Part shown: positions 18,862 to 29,039 of the stretch, in pieces | How positions within the stretch are numbered: the first letter of the stretch is position 1 | How the letters are laid out: every line of letters starts with the position of its first letter | Origin: Spirochaetia bacterium | GTDB taxonomy: Bacteria > Spirochaetota > Spirochaetia > SZUA-6 > Bin103 | Assembly (NCBI GenBank): GCA_965208575.1 | Contig: CBDBOV010000005.1 | Coordinates: 1,056,001 to 1,120,000 of the forward strand | DNA length: 64,000 bases | Direction: 5' to 3' | Notes under the pieces: model-generated | What the model was told of the DNA's origin: nothing | Seen by the model: only the letters and a program-made list of their open reading frames with translations | The model's database searches: none | Position numbers and translations under genes: made by a program

Positions 18862-19881
18862 ATGCGAGTCCTGGTAACGGGAGGCGGCGGATTCGTCGGC
18901 CGCGCCGTCGTCGAGCGGCTGCTTGCCCGCGGCTACCAGGTGCGCTGCTTCGCCCGATCGGCCTACCCGGAACTGGCGGGCCGCGGGGTGGAAGTGATGC
19001 GTGGCGACCTGGCCGACCGGCGCGCTGCCGCGACTGCCTGCGCCGGCTGCGATGCGGTGGTGCACGCGGCGGCGCTGATCCCCGGCGTCGCCGAGCCGGC
19101 ACACCGCTACCGCGCCGTGAACGTGGGCGGCACGGAGGCGATCGTCGCCGGCTGCCGCGCCCATGGCGTGCCGCGGCTGGTATTCACCAGTTCGCCGAGC
19201 GTGGTGTTCGGCGGCCATGACCTGTGCGGGGTCGACGAGTCGGTTCCCTACCCGCGGCGCTACGACTCCCCCTACGCGCGTACCAAGGCGGAGGCCGAGC
19301 GCGTGGTGCTGGCCGCCAACGACGGCAGCCTGGCCACCACGGCGCTGCGGCCCCACCTGGTGTGGGGGCCGGGCGACGCGCACCTGGTGCCGGAGCTGAT
19401 CGCCCGGGCGCGCGCGGGCCGGCTGGTGCGCGTGGGGCGCGGCCCGTTCCGGGTCGACGTGACCTACATCGACTGCGCCGCCGAGGCGCACCTGCTGGCG
19501 CTCGACGCCCTGTCGCCCGGCAGCGCCGCGGCCGGCCGCGCCTACTTCATCTCGCAGGGCGAGCCGGTGGACCTGTGGCAGTTCGTCGGCCGGCTGCTGA
19601 ACATGGCCGGCGTAGCGCCGGTGCGCCGCCAGGTACCGCGCTGGCTGGCACTGGCCGCGGCCGGCGCCGTGGAGGGCGCGTTCCGAGTCTCCGGGCGCAC
19701 GGCGGCGCCGCCGCTGACCCGCTTCCTGGTGCGCGAGATCTCTTCCTCGCACTGGTTCGACACAGGCGCCGCGCGCCGCGACCTCGGCTACCGGCCGCCG
19801 GTTTCGATCGACGAGGGCCTCGTCCGGCTCGCGCGGTGGTGGCAGGCCGGCGGCGCAGCAGTCGGCGGTTACCGCGGCTAG
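18862..19881 (+). CDS. NAD-dependent epimerase/dehydratase, 3beta-HSD/OleD-like
   Basis: MRVLVTGGGGFVG, TSSPSVV, YARTK (YxxxK) and LRPHLVWGPGD, characteristic of the OleD/3beta-HSD subfamily. Confidence 0.85.
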   Translation: MRVLVTGGGGFVGRAVVERLLARGYQVRCFARSAYPELAGRGVEVMRGDLADRRAAATACAGCDAVVHAAALIPGVAEPAHRYRAVNVGGTEAIVAGCRAHGVPRLVFTSSPSVVFGGHDLCGVDESVPYPRRYDSPYARTKAEAERVVLAANDGSLATTALRPHLVWGPGDAHLVPELIARARAGRLVRVGRGPFRVDVTYIDCAAEAHLLALDALSPGSAAAGRAYFISQGEPVDLWQFVGRLLNMAGVAPVRRQVPRWLALAAAGAVEGAFRVSGRTAAPPLTRFLVREISSSHWFDTGAARRDLGYRPPVSIDEGLVRLARWWQAGGAAVGGYRG

Positions 19882-21485
19882 CCGGTCTTCCAGTCGACCA
19901 GCTCGCTGAGCACCAGCATGCCGTCGTGCGGCATGCCGGGGTAGGTGTAGCCGGCCTGGCCGAGCGGCGGCACGTTGCTTACGCCGCGCGCCGCGATCCG
20001 CACCGCAAGCTCGCGTCGGCGCGGCTCGGGATACACCCCGGCGGTTGCCACGCCGGGATGCAGGAAGCGCAGCGCGCGCTCCAGGCTGGCTACCGGGCGG
20101 ACCACGATGAGCCGGCACAGCGGGTGCTCGGTGATGTTGAACTCCTGCGGCATCACCGCCACCGCGGAGTGGAACTCGCCGTCGGCACGGTTCTCGAACC
20201 AGGTGGCGCCCAGGAAGCTGCCGCGCTTCATGCGCCGGATCTGGCCCTGCTGGCTCCGGCTCAGCGCGGCCGGCGCGAAGCGGTCCCAGCGCCCGAGCTC
20301 GTCGCGCAGCGCGGCGGCGTAGCGCTCGGCGCCCGCCTGGTCCGCCTCCAGGTAGTGGATCTGCGAGGCGATGCACGCCTTCTGGCTTTGGATCAGCGTG
20401 TCGCACACCGCGCGGCCCACCACCTGCGGCAGGTCGTCGAACGCCTCGCGTCCGATCAGGCTTACGCCGTAGCGCGGGTTGAAGGTCACGGTCTTGGTGA
20501 AGGCGGCGCGCTCGCGCACCGACAGCACCGCGCCGGGGGCGCCCCACACCACGATGCGGTCGTAGCGGCCCGGCAGGAACAGCGGCGCCTCGAACTGCTC
20601 GTCGCCGCCCGGCCAGTACAGCACCGACAGGTGGCGGGTAAGCGGATGATCGGGAAAGGTGCGCGCGGCCAGCAGGGCCAGGTAGGCGCCCGCCAGGGTG
20701 GCGCCGTACGGCAGCTTGATGGTCGCGGCCGACTTGGTCCACAGGGCGCGCAGGAGCGAGGCCAGCGGCACCAGCGGCGAGTTGCCGGCGGTAATGTGGA
20801 GTTGGCGGGTGGGCAGGGCGCGCAGGCGCGGCACCGCGGCGGCGGGGTCGTAGCCGGCGATCGGCGGCAGATGCTGGGCGTGGATCAGGTGCACGGGAGC
20901 GGGATACACGGTGCCCGGCACCTCCACCCAGCCATCCAGGAAGCGCCGCCCCGGTATCTCCCAGGTAGCCAGGTCGGTGTCCACCATGGTCTCGGCGACG
21001 GCGCCCGCAAGCATCACCGGGAACATCGCAAAACCCGCTTCCACGTAGGGATCCGGTGCCTCCGACGTGGCGCGCACCCATGCCTTGACCTGGCGCAGCA
21101 ACTCCGCGTCGGCGCCGTACGCCTGCTGCAGGCCGTCCACGTAGCGCACCACGTCGCCGAATTCGAGGTCGTACAGCCCCGCGGCGAGCGTATCGAGATC
21201 GTCCTCCACCAGGTCGAGCGGCGTCACCTCCGGCAGCACCTGGTACTGCCAGGCGCCGGAGGCACGCATCGAGGCGCGGTCCAGTACCGGCTCACGCAGC
21301 ACCCACGCCCCGTTCAACCTGACCAGGGTCGGGGGATCGCCGCCGCCGCGCTGCCGCTCTTCGGTCGCGAAGGCGGCCTCGATTTCCCGCCTGCCGACCG
21401 CCGGCGGCGCAACCAGCGTGCCGCGCACCAGCGCCGGCACCGAGATTACGCCGTCGTCATCGGCCGCAATGGTCGGCTCGTCCAT
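19878..21485 (-). CDS. luxC: Acyl-CoA reductase, LuxC family
   Basis: HITAGNSP, IKLP, YWPGGD, VVWG and catalytic QKACIAS; C-terminal PHDGMLVLSELV. Confidence 0.8.
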   Translation of the reverse strand: MDEPTIAADDDGVISVPALVRGTLVAPPAVGRREIEAAFATEERQRGGGDPPTLVRLNGAWVLREPVLDRASMRASGAWQYQVLPEVTPLDLVEDDLDTLAAGLYDLEFGDVVRYVDGLQQAYGADAELLRQVKAWVRATSEAPDPYVEAGFAMFPVMLAGAVAETMVDTDLATWEIPGRRFLDGWVEVPGTVYPAPVHLIHAQHLPPIAGYDPAAAVPRLRALPTRQLHITAGNSPLVPLASLLRALWTKSAATIKLPYGATLAGAYLALLAARTFPDHPLTRHLSVLYWPGGDEQFEAPLFLPGRYDRIVVWGAPGAVLSVRERAAFTKTVTFNPRYGVSLIGREAFDDLPQVVGRAVCDTLIQSQKACIASQIHYLEADQAGAERYAAALRDELGRWDRFAPAALSRSQQGQIRRMKRGSFLGATWFENRADGEFHSAVAVMPQEFNITEHPLCRLIVVRPVASLERALRFLHPGVATAGVYPEPRRRELAVRIAARGVSNVPPLGQAGYTYPGMPHDGMLVLSELVDWKTG

Positions 21486-21494
21486 GGGTCGCCG

Positions 21495-22907
21495 TCAGCC
21501 CTGCATGGCGGCCATGATGCCGCCGCAGCCCTTTACCTCCCGTCCGGTAGCGCGCCCGATGTCGGAAATCGTCACGCCGCCCACCCCGCACGGGCAACCG
21601 CCGGTGCGGCGCCGCACGTTGTCGCCGGTGATGATGAATCCCGGATAGCAGGCCGCATAGGGATCGAGAAACCCGAAGCCGCCATGGATGTCGTCTCCGG
21701 TCACCGGCTCCAGGGCCTCGTCGAAGATCACCGTCTCGGTGATCGGCGGCACGTGGAAGCGGCCTTCGCGGCAGCGCGGGAACACCACCTGCGCCTCGGT
21801 CATCGAGTAACCCTCGTTGACGCGCTCCGGGCGGACGCCCAGGCTCTGCTCGATCAGCGCCAGGAACGCCGGCTCGTCGATCCGGTCGCCTTCGAAGCTC
21901 TTCCAGCCGCCGCCGTGAGACAGCATGCTGCCGGGCCGCAGTACGACTTCCTCGCCCTCCGCCACCAGCCACTCGCAGAACTCCTTGATCATGAACGGGG
22001 CGCCGAACAGCAGCGTTCGGCGGCGCGCGGCGATCGAGTCGCGCAGTGCGGCCAGCACGCGCCGGAAGTTGTCGGCCCGGCGCCGCACGGTGGCGTCCAG
22101 GAACGCATCGGAGAGCTGCCGTTCGCGCTCGTCGGCCGGACCGCGCACCAGCGCGCGCACCACCGTCGCCGACAGCTCCAGATCGAACAGAAAGGTGGCG
22201 CGCCCGACCATCCGGGCGAGCGTCTGCCCCACCACCTGCGTGCCCTGGGTACCGCCGGAGAACGACAGAAAGACGCCGTCGAAGCCGCGCAGGCCGCGGC
22301 GCCGGAAGAACTCGCCAAAGCCGTCCGGGCCGAGCATGCGCGCCGCGGTGCGGGCGGCGGTGCGTTCCCAGGCGCGCGCGGCGCCCTGGCGCATCTGAAA
22401 CAGGGGAATGTAGGACACCCCGAGCCCGGTAAGCTGCGACCAGGTGTAGGCATCGCGCGGGACGAACGAAATGTGCCCGCTGGTACCGGAACTGAATACC
22501 GTGTGGATGCCGTGCTCCGCCAGGCAGGCGAGCCATTGGTCGATCGAGGTCACGCCGTCGACGTCGGTTTCCACGGGACGGTCGAACACCTGCCGCAGCC
22601 AGCCATTCATGGCGCCGTAGTCGTGGTTGTCAATGTGTTCCTGGGGATACGACTTGAAGATGTGGTCGGTGGACATCATCTCGGCGGCGATCTGCGCCGT
22701 GTCGGCGTCGCGCTGCACCTCTGCCTGGTCGGCGAGCCGGCGATAGATCGGAACACGGTCGTAGTAGTGCCGGTGATTCGTGCGGATTGCCGCGAAGCGC
22801 AGTTTACGCGCATAATCCTCATCCACCGTACCGCTCATCGCCCAGCGCATTGCGAGGGCCGTGAGTTGCAGGTGGAGCGCGCGTATTTCGGCGTGGTGGT
22901 CAGACAT
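21495..22907 (-). CDS. luxE: LuxE-like acyl-protein synthetase (ANL superfamily)
   Basis: FSSGTSG P-loop, GGGWK, YSMTE, YPGFIITGD and C-terminal GREVKGC. Confidence 0.78.
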   Translation of the reverse strand: MSDHHAEIRALHLQLTALAMRWAMSGTVDEDYARKLRFAAIRTNHRHYYDRVPIYRRLADQAEVQRDADTAQIAAEMMSTDHIFKSYPQEHIDNHDYGAMNGWLRQVFDRPVETDVDGVTSIDQWLACLAEHGIHTVFSSGTSGHISFVPRDAYTWSQLTGLGVSYIPLFQMRQGAARAWERTAARTAARMLGPDGFGEFFRRRGLRGFDGVFLSFSGGTQGTQVVGQTLARMVGRATFLFDLELSATVVRALVRGPADERERQLSDAFLDATVRRRADNFRRVLAALRDSIAARRRTLLFGAPFMIKEFCEWLVAEGEEVVLRPGSMLSHGGGWKSFEGDRIDEPAFLALIEQSLGVRPERVNEGYSMTEAQVVFPRCREGRFHVPPITETVIFDEALEPVTGDDIHGGFGFLDPYAACYPGFIITGDNVRRRTGGCPCGVGGVTISDIGRATGREVKGCGGIMAAMQG

Positions 22908-23054
22908 GGGCCGCGATGCCGGCGCGCCAAACTACACAGGTTGGCCCTTCCCGGTCAACGGGCCGCTCGCACGTGGCGCAGCGGCGGATCGTGCCCTGTG
23001 CCCGCTAAGGATGTAGCAGTTGAACATGACCACGCGCCGACCCGGAGGCGCAGC

Positions 23055-25040
23055 GTGACCGCGAACACCAGCGTCGAGAGCCTCGGCGTCTATCTTCCCG
23101 AACGGGAAGTGACCACCACCGAAGTGGTAAAGGGCTGCCGGCGGCGCGTGTTGATTCCCCTGGAACGCCTGACCGGCATTCGCAGCCGGCGCATGGCCGG
23201 CGACACCGAGTTCTCCGTCGACCTGGCCCACAACGCGGTAGCGAGGTGCCTCGCCGGGTCGCGTCATGGCGCGGCGGATATCGACCTGATCGTCGCTGCC
23301 AATATCTCCAAGCAGGATTCGCCGCTTACCTACAACGTCGAGCCGACCACCGCCGCGGTGCTGCGCCGCCAGTTCGGCCTGCACCGCGCCCTTGCCTTCG
23401 ATCTGAGCAATGCGTGCGCCGGCGTATTCACGGCGATCATGGCGGTGGACGAGCTTATTCGGCGCGGTGACGTGCGCCGCGCGCTGGTGGTCAGCGGCGA
23501 GTACATCACCCATCTCACCGCCACCGCGCAGCGCGAGCTGCACGGGCTGCACGACGAACGGTTGGCGTGCCTGACCCTCGGGGATGCCGGCGTGTGCCTG
23601 CTGCTCGAGCACGGCGCGGGCTTCGACTTCATCGAAATCTACACCGTACCGGAGCACGCCGAGCTGTGCATTGCCCACTCTGCCGAGTCGCACGGGGCGA
23701 TCATGTTTACCGACTCGGTGCGCCTCGCTCGCGCCGGCATCGCCGAGGTTGTCACCCAGTACGAAAATGTCGCGGAGTCGGGCAGGGTCACCACCGAACC
23801 GCGCTACTTCATTCCGCACCAGACTTCCTCCAACTCGATCAAGGAAGCCACGCGCGCCACCAATCGCCGTCTCGGACGCCGCGTCTGCCACTCGGACAAC
23901 ATGGTGGACAACCTGCGGCACCGCGGCAACACGGCAACCACTTCGCACTGGGTAGCGGTCAAGGACCTGGTCGAGAGGTCTGCGTTGCAACCGGGCGATC
24001 GCGTGTTGTTCAGCATCACGGCGTCCGGGATCACCGTGGGCCTCGCTCAGTATCGCGTCGAGCAGTTCGCCGCCCGCATGGCGAACGGCGAGCCGGCGCC
24101 GCAGCCGCCACCGGCAGCCGCGTCGGACAACGCCGCGCGCGGTTACTACCGCGCCGTTCCCCCGGGTGAGCGCGTGCGGGTGAGCGCGGCGGCCACTGCT
24201 ACACCGGAAACGGATGCCGAACGCGGCAACGTCAAGCTCGCCGCGCATGCGGTGCGGCGTGCCCTGGACGCCGCGCACGCGCCGGCCGGCCAGCCGGGGC
24301 TGCTGGTGTATTCGGGGGTGTACCGGGAGGCGTTCATCTCCGAGCCGGCGCTGGCCACCATGGTGGCCAAGGAGCTGGGCATCAAGGGGTCTCGCCTCGA
24401 CCACAACGGGCCGCCGTTTCTGGCGTTCGACCTGATGAATGGACCGCCCGGCGTGTTGATGGCGTGCCAGGTAGCGGGTCGCATGCTGCTGTCGCGCGAC
24501 GGCGTGGCGGTGATCGCCGCCTCGGAGTTCAACGAAACCCCGGTCGACGGTCAGCCGCCGCTGGGACTGGCCAGTGCCGGCTCCGCCCTGGTGCTGGAGC
24601 GCAGTACCGGCCGGGCCGGCTTCCGCAGTTTCTTCGTCGACACGCATGCCGAGTACCTGGACTGGTACCGCGCGTACGCCTATACGGACGACTCGGGGCC
24701 GCCGCGGCTGCGCGTGGAACGCGACGACCGTCTGGCCGAGCGGCTGCCGGAGGCGGTGGCGGGGAGCGTGACCGAGCTGCTGCGCCGGGAGCGTGTTTCT
24801 CTCGACGACTTCGCGGTGATCTTTCCGCCGCAGCTTGGGCCGGAGTTCCTGGACCGGCTGGCGGACTGCCTCGGCGTGGAGCGCAGCAGGTTCGTGTCGT
24901 GCGGCGGCGGAAACCTGTTTACGGCCGCCCCGGCGGCGGGGTGGGAAGCGGCCGGCGCGCGCGCGGTCCCGGGCAGCCTGGGCCTGTTTCTTGCGGCCGG
25001 CGCCGGCATCGAAGTCGCCTGCGCCACCTACGAATTCTGA
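23055..25040 (+). CDS. Two-module 3-oxoacyl-ACP synthase III (FabH/OleA-like) protein
   Basis: GGAGG RBS plus GTG; module 1 has the C-H-N triad (NACAG, IPHQ, GNT); module 2 is thiolase-like but lacks the Cys and His. Confidence 0.82.
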   Translation: MTANTSVESLGVYLPEREVTTTEVVKGCRRRVLIPLERLTGIRSRRMAGDTEFSVDLAHNAVARCLAGSRHGAADIDLIVAANISKQDSPLTYNVEPTTAAVLRRQFGLHRALAFDLSNACAGVFTAIMAVDELIRRGDVRRALVVSGEYITHLTATAQRELHGLHDERLACLTLGDAGVCLLLEHGAGFDFIEIYTVPEHAELCIAHSAESHGAIMFTDSVRLARAGIAEVVTQYENVAESGRVTTEPRYFIPHQTSSNSIKEATRATNRRLGRRVCHSDNMVDNLRHRGNTATTSHWVAVKDLVERSALQPGDRVLFSITASGITVGLAQYRVEQFAARMANGEPAPQPPPAAASDNAARGYYRAVPPGERVRVSAAATATPETDAERGNVKLAAHAVRRALDAAHAPAGQPGLLVYSGVYREAFISEPALATMVAKELGIKGSRLDHNGPPFLAFDLMNGPPGVLMACQVAGRMLLSRDGVAVIAASEFNETPVDGQPPLGLASAGSALVLERSTGRAGFRSFFVDTHAEYLDWYRAYAYTDDSGPPRLRVERDDRLAERLPEAVAGSVTELLRRERVSLDDFAVIFPPQLGPEFLDRLADCLGVERSRFVSCGGGNLFTAAPAAGWEAAGARAVPGSLGLFLAAGAGIEVACATYEF

Positions 25041-25052
25041 TCCGGGAATCTT

Positions 25053-26099
25053 CTATTCGCGAATCGCGGCCGTGCGCAAGCCTCCGGCGGCCAGCACCAG
25101 CGCCAGCCCGGCGCGGAAGTCGATTTCCGGTCGAAACCCGAAGTCGCGGTACGAGCGGCTCATGTCGTAGAACACGTCGCGCGAGAGGTAGGCCAGCGCG
25201 TCGCGCGTTACCATGGCGCTCATGCCGGGGGCGAGCAACCGCACCGCCGCCGGCAGCAGCGGCCCGAGCAGCCGGCACAAGCCGGCGGGCACCGGCACTA
25301 TGGCCGGGGAAGACCGGCCGGTGAGTTCCGCATGCACGTCGAACAGGGCGCGCAGCGGCTGCGGATTGCCGGTAGCGGCGTTGTAGGTGGCGCCATCCGC
25401 CGCCGGAGCGGCCGCCGCCTGCACCATGAGGCGTGCGACATCGCTCACGTATCCGAAGTCGACCAGGTGGCGGCCGCCGTCCACCAGCGGAACGCGCCGC
25501 ATGCGCGCCATGGCCAGCGCGGCGGGCAGGAAGTGGCGGTCGCCCGGCCCATAGGTGGCGCTCGGCCGCACGATCGTGTAACCCAGCCCGCGCGCGCCGT
25601 ACTCGCGCACCACGCCTTCCGCTTCCACCTTGGAGCGTCCGTAGGCGGACAGCGGCGCCAGCGGGCTGTGCTCCCCGATCGGGGACGCCGCGCCGGGGCG
25701 ATAGACGCCGGTGGTACTGGCGAACACGAAGCGCCGTACGCCGGCATCGGTGCTCGCGGCGAGCATCCGCTCGGTCAGATCCACGTTGGCGGCGCGATAG
25801 GGCGCATAGTCCTCGCCGGCGCTGAACGGCGCGCCGGCGTGCAGATAGCCGGCAACGTGGAACACCGAGACCACGCCGCGCAGCGCGGCGGCGACGGCGG
25901 CGCGGTCGGACAGGTCGGCGCGCAGCACGTCGATGTTGGGGTGGCGGACGGCCGGCGGCCCGCTCGACGGGCGCAGCAGGCAGCGCACGGGATGGCCGGC
26001 GGCGGCCAGTTGGGCGGCCACTTCGCCGCCGATCATGCCGGAGGCGCCGGTGACCAGCGCCGGCGGACGGTCCGGTTCGCTGCGCCGCCTCGCCGTCAC
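25053..26099 (-). CDS. NAD-dependent epimerase/dehydratase (3beta-HSD-like)
   Basis: LVTGASGMIG, YGRSK and RPSATYGPGD; GTGA overlap with the upstream GT1 gene. Confidence 0.85.
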   Translation of the reverse strand: MTARRRSEPDRPPALVTGASGMIGGEVAAQLAAAGHPVRCLLRPSSGPPAVRHPNIDVLRADLSDRAAVAAALRGVVSVFHVAGYLHAGAPFSAGEDYAPYRAANVDLTERMLAASTDAGVRRFVFASTTGVYRPGAASPIGEHSPLAPLSAYGRSKVEAEGVVREYGARGLGYTIVRPSATYGPGDRHFLPAALAMARMRRVPLVDGGRHLVDFGYVSDVARLMVQAAAAPAADGATYNAATGNPQPLRALFDVHAELTGRSSPAIVPVPAGLCRLLGPLLPAAVRLLAPGMSAMVTRDALAYLSRDVFYDMSRSYRDFGFRPEIDFRAGLALVLAAGGLRTAAIRE

Positions 26100-27379
26100 G
26101 ACGACCGCCCGTGCAGGCGGCGCCGGAGTGCGCGTACCGCGGTCGCCACGCCATCCTCGCTCCTGATCCGGGCCCCTATCTCGGCGGCGCGGGCACGCAC
26201 CGAGGGATCGGAGGCGGCGCTGCACAACGCGTCAGCCAGCCGGTCGGCGGTGAGGCGCCGCCGCGGCACCGGCCGCGGCCCCACTGCCAGTTCGTGCACC
26301 CGGCTGCCCCAGAAGTGCTGATCGCCGAAGAACGGCACCACCACCTGCGGCACGCCGTGGCGCAGGCCGGTGGCGGTGGTGCCGGCGCCGCCGTGATGGA
26401 TCACCGCGGCCGTGCGCGGGAACAGCCAGTCGTGCGGTACCCAGTCGAGCATCAGCATGTCGGGTGGAAGTTGCGCCGGGGTGAGGCCGCCCCAGCCGGT
26501 GGCCAGCACGCCGCGCAGCCCGCAGCGGCGCAGCGCGCTGAACACGATACCGGTGAGATCCTCCTCGCCGTCGCTGCTCATGCTGCCGAATCCGACATAC
26601 ACCGGCGGTGCGCCGCCGGCGAGGAAGCGCTGCAACTGTGCATCCGGGCGCCAGCCGTCGCCGTCCTCGTCCAGGAACCAGTAGCCGGTCACCTGGACGT
26701 GGTCGTCCCAGTCGGCCGGGCGCGGCAGCACCGCCGGGCTGAACCCGTACAGCAGGAGACTGCCGCGCAGGTTGGACGCGAACGTGTGCCGGCGCGGCGC
26801 CGGAGGCAGCTCCAGGAGGTCGGCTCGTACCGCGTTGGTGGGCGCACGCAGCACGTGCCAGAGCAGAAACTCGACCAGCCGGTGACTGGCGTAATTGTAC
26901 GTGCGGCGCACCGGCGCCGGTCCCGGCAACTCGTGGAAGAACACCGACGGCAGGTACCCGCTCGGGGTGGCAGGCTGCAGGAACGCCGCGGCCAGCGGCA
27001 CCTCGAGCCGCTCCGCGAGGTTCCAGGCGGCGAAGTAACCGAGCAGTCCGGTCACGATTGCCTCGGCGTCGCGGCATGCCCGGAAGCAATCGTTCATCAG
27101 CTCCTGGCCGAAGGAGAGCGCGAGTTCGCGGAAGTGGCGGATGAACAACAGCGGGTTGGTGCCGCTGCGCACCCAGCCGCGGCCGAGGCGGCTGTCGATG
27201 ATGTCGCGTGGATTGACCTCGACGGCGCGGAAGCCGAGCCCGCGGTCGGTCACCATCCTCTCGAAATAGCGGTGCGTGGCGAAGATGACCTGTTCGCCGG
27301 CGCGGCTCAGACCCTCGGCGAGGGCGAGCAACGGACGAACGTCCCCGTGGGTGCCGAGAGCGACGACGCAGATGCGCAT
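26096..27379 (-). CDS. GT1 family glycosyltransferase (sterol glucosyltransferase-like)
   Basis: [28 protein letters not shown] and [10 protein letters not shown]. Confidence 0.9.
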   Translation of the reverse strand: MRICVVALGTHGDVRPLLALAEGLSRAGEQVIFATHRYFERMVTDRGLGFRAVEVNPRDIIDSRLGRGWVRSGTNPLLFIRHFRELALSFGQELMNDCFRACRDAEAIVTGLLGYFAAWNLAERLEVPLAAAFLQPATPSGYLPSVFFHELPGPAPVRRTYNYASHRLVEFLLWHVLRAPTNAVRADLLELPPAPRRHTFASNLRGSLLLYGFSPAVLPRPADWDDHVQVTGYWFLDEDGDGWRPDAQLQRFLAGGAPPVYVGFGSMSSDGEEDLTGIVFSALRRCGLRGVLATGWGGLTPAQLPPDMLMLDWVPHDWLFPRTAAVIHHGGAGTTATGLRHGVPQVVVPFFGDQHFWGSRVHELAVGPRPVPRRRLTADRLADALCSAASDPSVRARAAEIGARIRSEDGVATAVRALRRRLHGRSS

Positions 27380-27549
27380 GCAGCAAGGTGCTCGCAACGC
27401 GAGCGCCGGCAGTATAGGGCGCGCGTTCCCCGCTCCGCAACGCCGAAGCAACGCGGCTGCCGAGCGGCCGTCGCGGCGCAGCGGTTACCCGCGCTTCCTT
27501 GACGATTCGCCGGGCGCAGGCTACCTTGCAGACTCCGCGGGACTGCTGA

Positions 27550-28236
27550 GTGACACGCCCAAGTTCATCATCGACCGAAAACGAATACCTGATTCAGCTC
27601 TACATGCTGCTCCGCGAGGGCCGGCCGGTGATCGGCGCGCGCATCGCGGAGCGCATGGGGGTTTCTCCCCCCGCGGTGACGCAGGCAATGAAGCGCCTGG
27701 CGCAGCACGGGCTGGCGGTGCTCGATCCCGACGACGGCGTGCGCCTGACGCCGCGCGGGCGCGACCAGGCGGAGCGCACGATCCGCCGCCACTACCTGCT
27801 GGAGCGCCTGCTGGTCGACGAACTGGGATTCGACTGGGTCGAAGTGGACGAGGAGGCGGACCGGCTGGAGCATTCGCTGTCGCCGCGCCTGGAGGCGCAC
27901 CTGTTCGAACGTCTCGGGCGGCCTACCACCTGCCCGCACGGCAACCCGTTTCCCGGATCGCGCGACGAGCGCCGGCTGCTCGATGCGCGCCGCCTGTCGG
28001 AAGTGGAGGAGGGCGCAGTCATCACCATCCTGCGCATTACCGAGGAGGCGGAGGAGAACTCCGACCTGATGCGGCTCCTGTACACCAACCGGCTGCTGCC
28101 GGGCACCTCCGTCAAGCTGACGCAGGCAACCGACGAGGAGTTGGTCCTGGAGCGTTCCGGCACAGCCGGCGGCGCGGAGATGGTGACCATTTCGCAGGAT
28201 CTCGCGCGTTTCGTGCGCGTCGATGGGCCGGAGTAG
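27550..28236 (+). CDS. DtxR/MntR-family metal-dependent regulator with FeoA domain
   Basis: EYL, HTH ([13 protein letters not shown]), RRHYLLE, LEH and CPHGNP. Confidence 0.88.
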   Translation: MTRPSSSSTENEYLIQLYMLLREGRPVIGARIAERMGVSPPAVTQAMKRLAQHGLAVLDPDDGVRLTPRGRDQAERTIRRHYLLERLLVDELGFDWVEVDEEADRLEHSLSPRLEAHLFERLGRPTTCPHGNPFPGSRDERRLLDARRLSEVEEGAVITILRITEEAEENSDLMRLLYTNRLLPGTSVKLTQATDEELVLERSGTAGGAEMVTISQDLARFVRVDGPE

Positions 28237-28247
28237 AGGACAACAGC

Positions 28248-29024
28248 ATGGAACCAACCAAGGTGGCGGTCATTACCGGTGCCGGCAGCGGAGTGGGGCA
28301 GGCGGCCGCGGTCACCCTGTACCGGAACGGCTTCGCGGTAGTGGTGGCTGGGCGCCGTGAGGCGGCGCTGCAGGACACCGTCGCGCAGATGTGCGCGGCC
28401 TGGAGTGGCCCGCCCGGCGACGCCCCGGGAACGCTGGCCGTGCCCACCGACGTGACCTCGCAGGACTCGGTACGGGCACTGTTCGCAGCCGCAACGGATG
28501 GCTACGGGCGCGTCGACGTGCTGTTCAACAACGCCGGCATCGGCGCCCCGGGCGTCCCGCTCGAAGAGCTTGAGCTGGCGGCGTGGCAGCGCGTGGTGGA
28601 CACCAACCTCACCGGTTCGTTCCTGTGTACCCAGGAGGCGGTGCGGATCATGAAGGCGCAGGATCCGCGCGGCGGACGCATCATCAACAACGGCTCCATT
28701 TCCGCGCATGTGCCGCGGCCCAACTCCACCCCCTACACCGCCACCAAGCACGCGATCACCGGATTGACCAAGTCGACGTCGCTCGACGGGCGGGCGTTCG
28801 ACATTGCCTGCGGCCAGATCGACATCGGCAACGCCGGCACGCCCATGACCGCGCGCATGGCGGAGGGAGTCGCGCAGCCGAGCGGCACCACCAGGGTGGA
28901 GCCCACCATGGACGTGCAGCACGTGGCCGACGCCGTGCTGTACATCGCCAACCTGCCGCTCGACACCAACGTCCCGTTCCTGACCGTGATGGCGAACACC
29001 ATGCCCTACATCGGCCGCGGCTGA
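28248..29024 (+). CDS. Short-chain dehydrogenase/reductase
   Basis: [17 protein letters not shown] and YTATK; GAGG RBS. Confidence 0.9.
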   Translation: MEPTKVAVITGAGSGVGQAAAVTLYRNGFAVVVAGRREAALQDTVAQMCAAWSGPPGDAPGTLAVPTDVTSQDSVRALFAAATDGYGRVDVLFNNAGIGAPGVPLEELELAAWQRVVDTNLTGSFLCTQEAVRIMKAQDPRGGRIINNGSISAHVPRPNSTPYTATKHAITGLTKSTSLDGRAFDIACGQIDIGNAGTPMTARMAEGVAQPSGTTRVEPTMDVQHVADAVLYIANLPLDTNVPFLTVMANTMPYIGRG

Positions 29025-29039
29025 GCCGGGAGCGATTCG

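Noticed and set aside
19878-22907. Bioluminescence operon
   Set aside because: No luxA, luxB, luxD or luxG in the window; the context is lipid biosynthesis
19224-23054. N-terminal ~1277 aa of the 1938-aa ORF
   Set aside because: Antisense shadow of luxC/luxE in GC-rich DNA; the real gene starts at GTG 23055 with an RBS
29022-29024. Selenocysteine readthrough fusing the SDR and UroD-like genes
   Set aside because: The SDR ends at its normal family C-terminus (MPYIGRG), no convincing SECIS follows, and an RBS plus CTG explains the downstream gene
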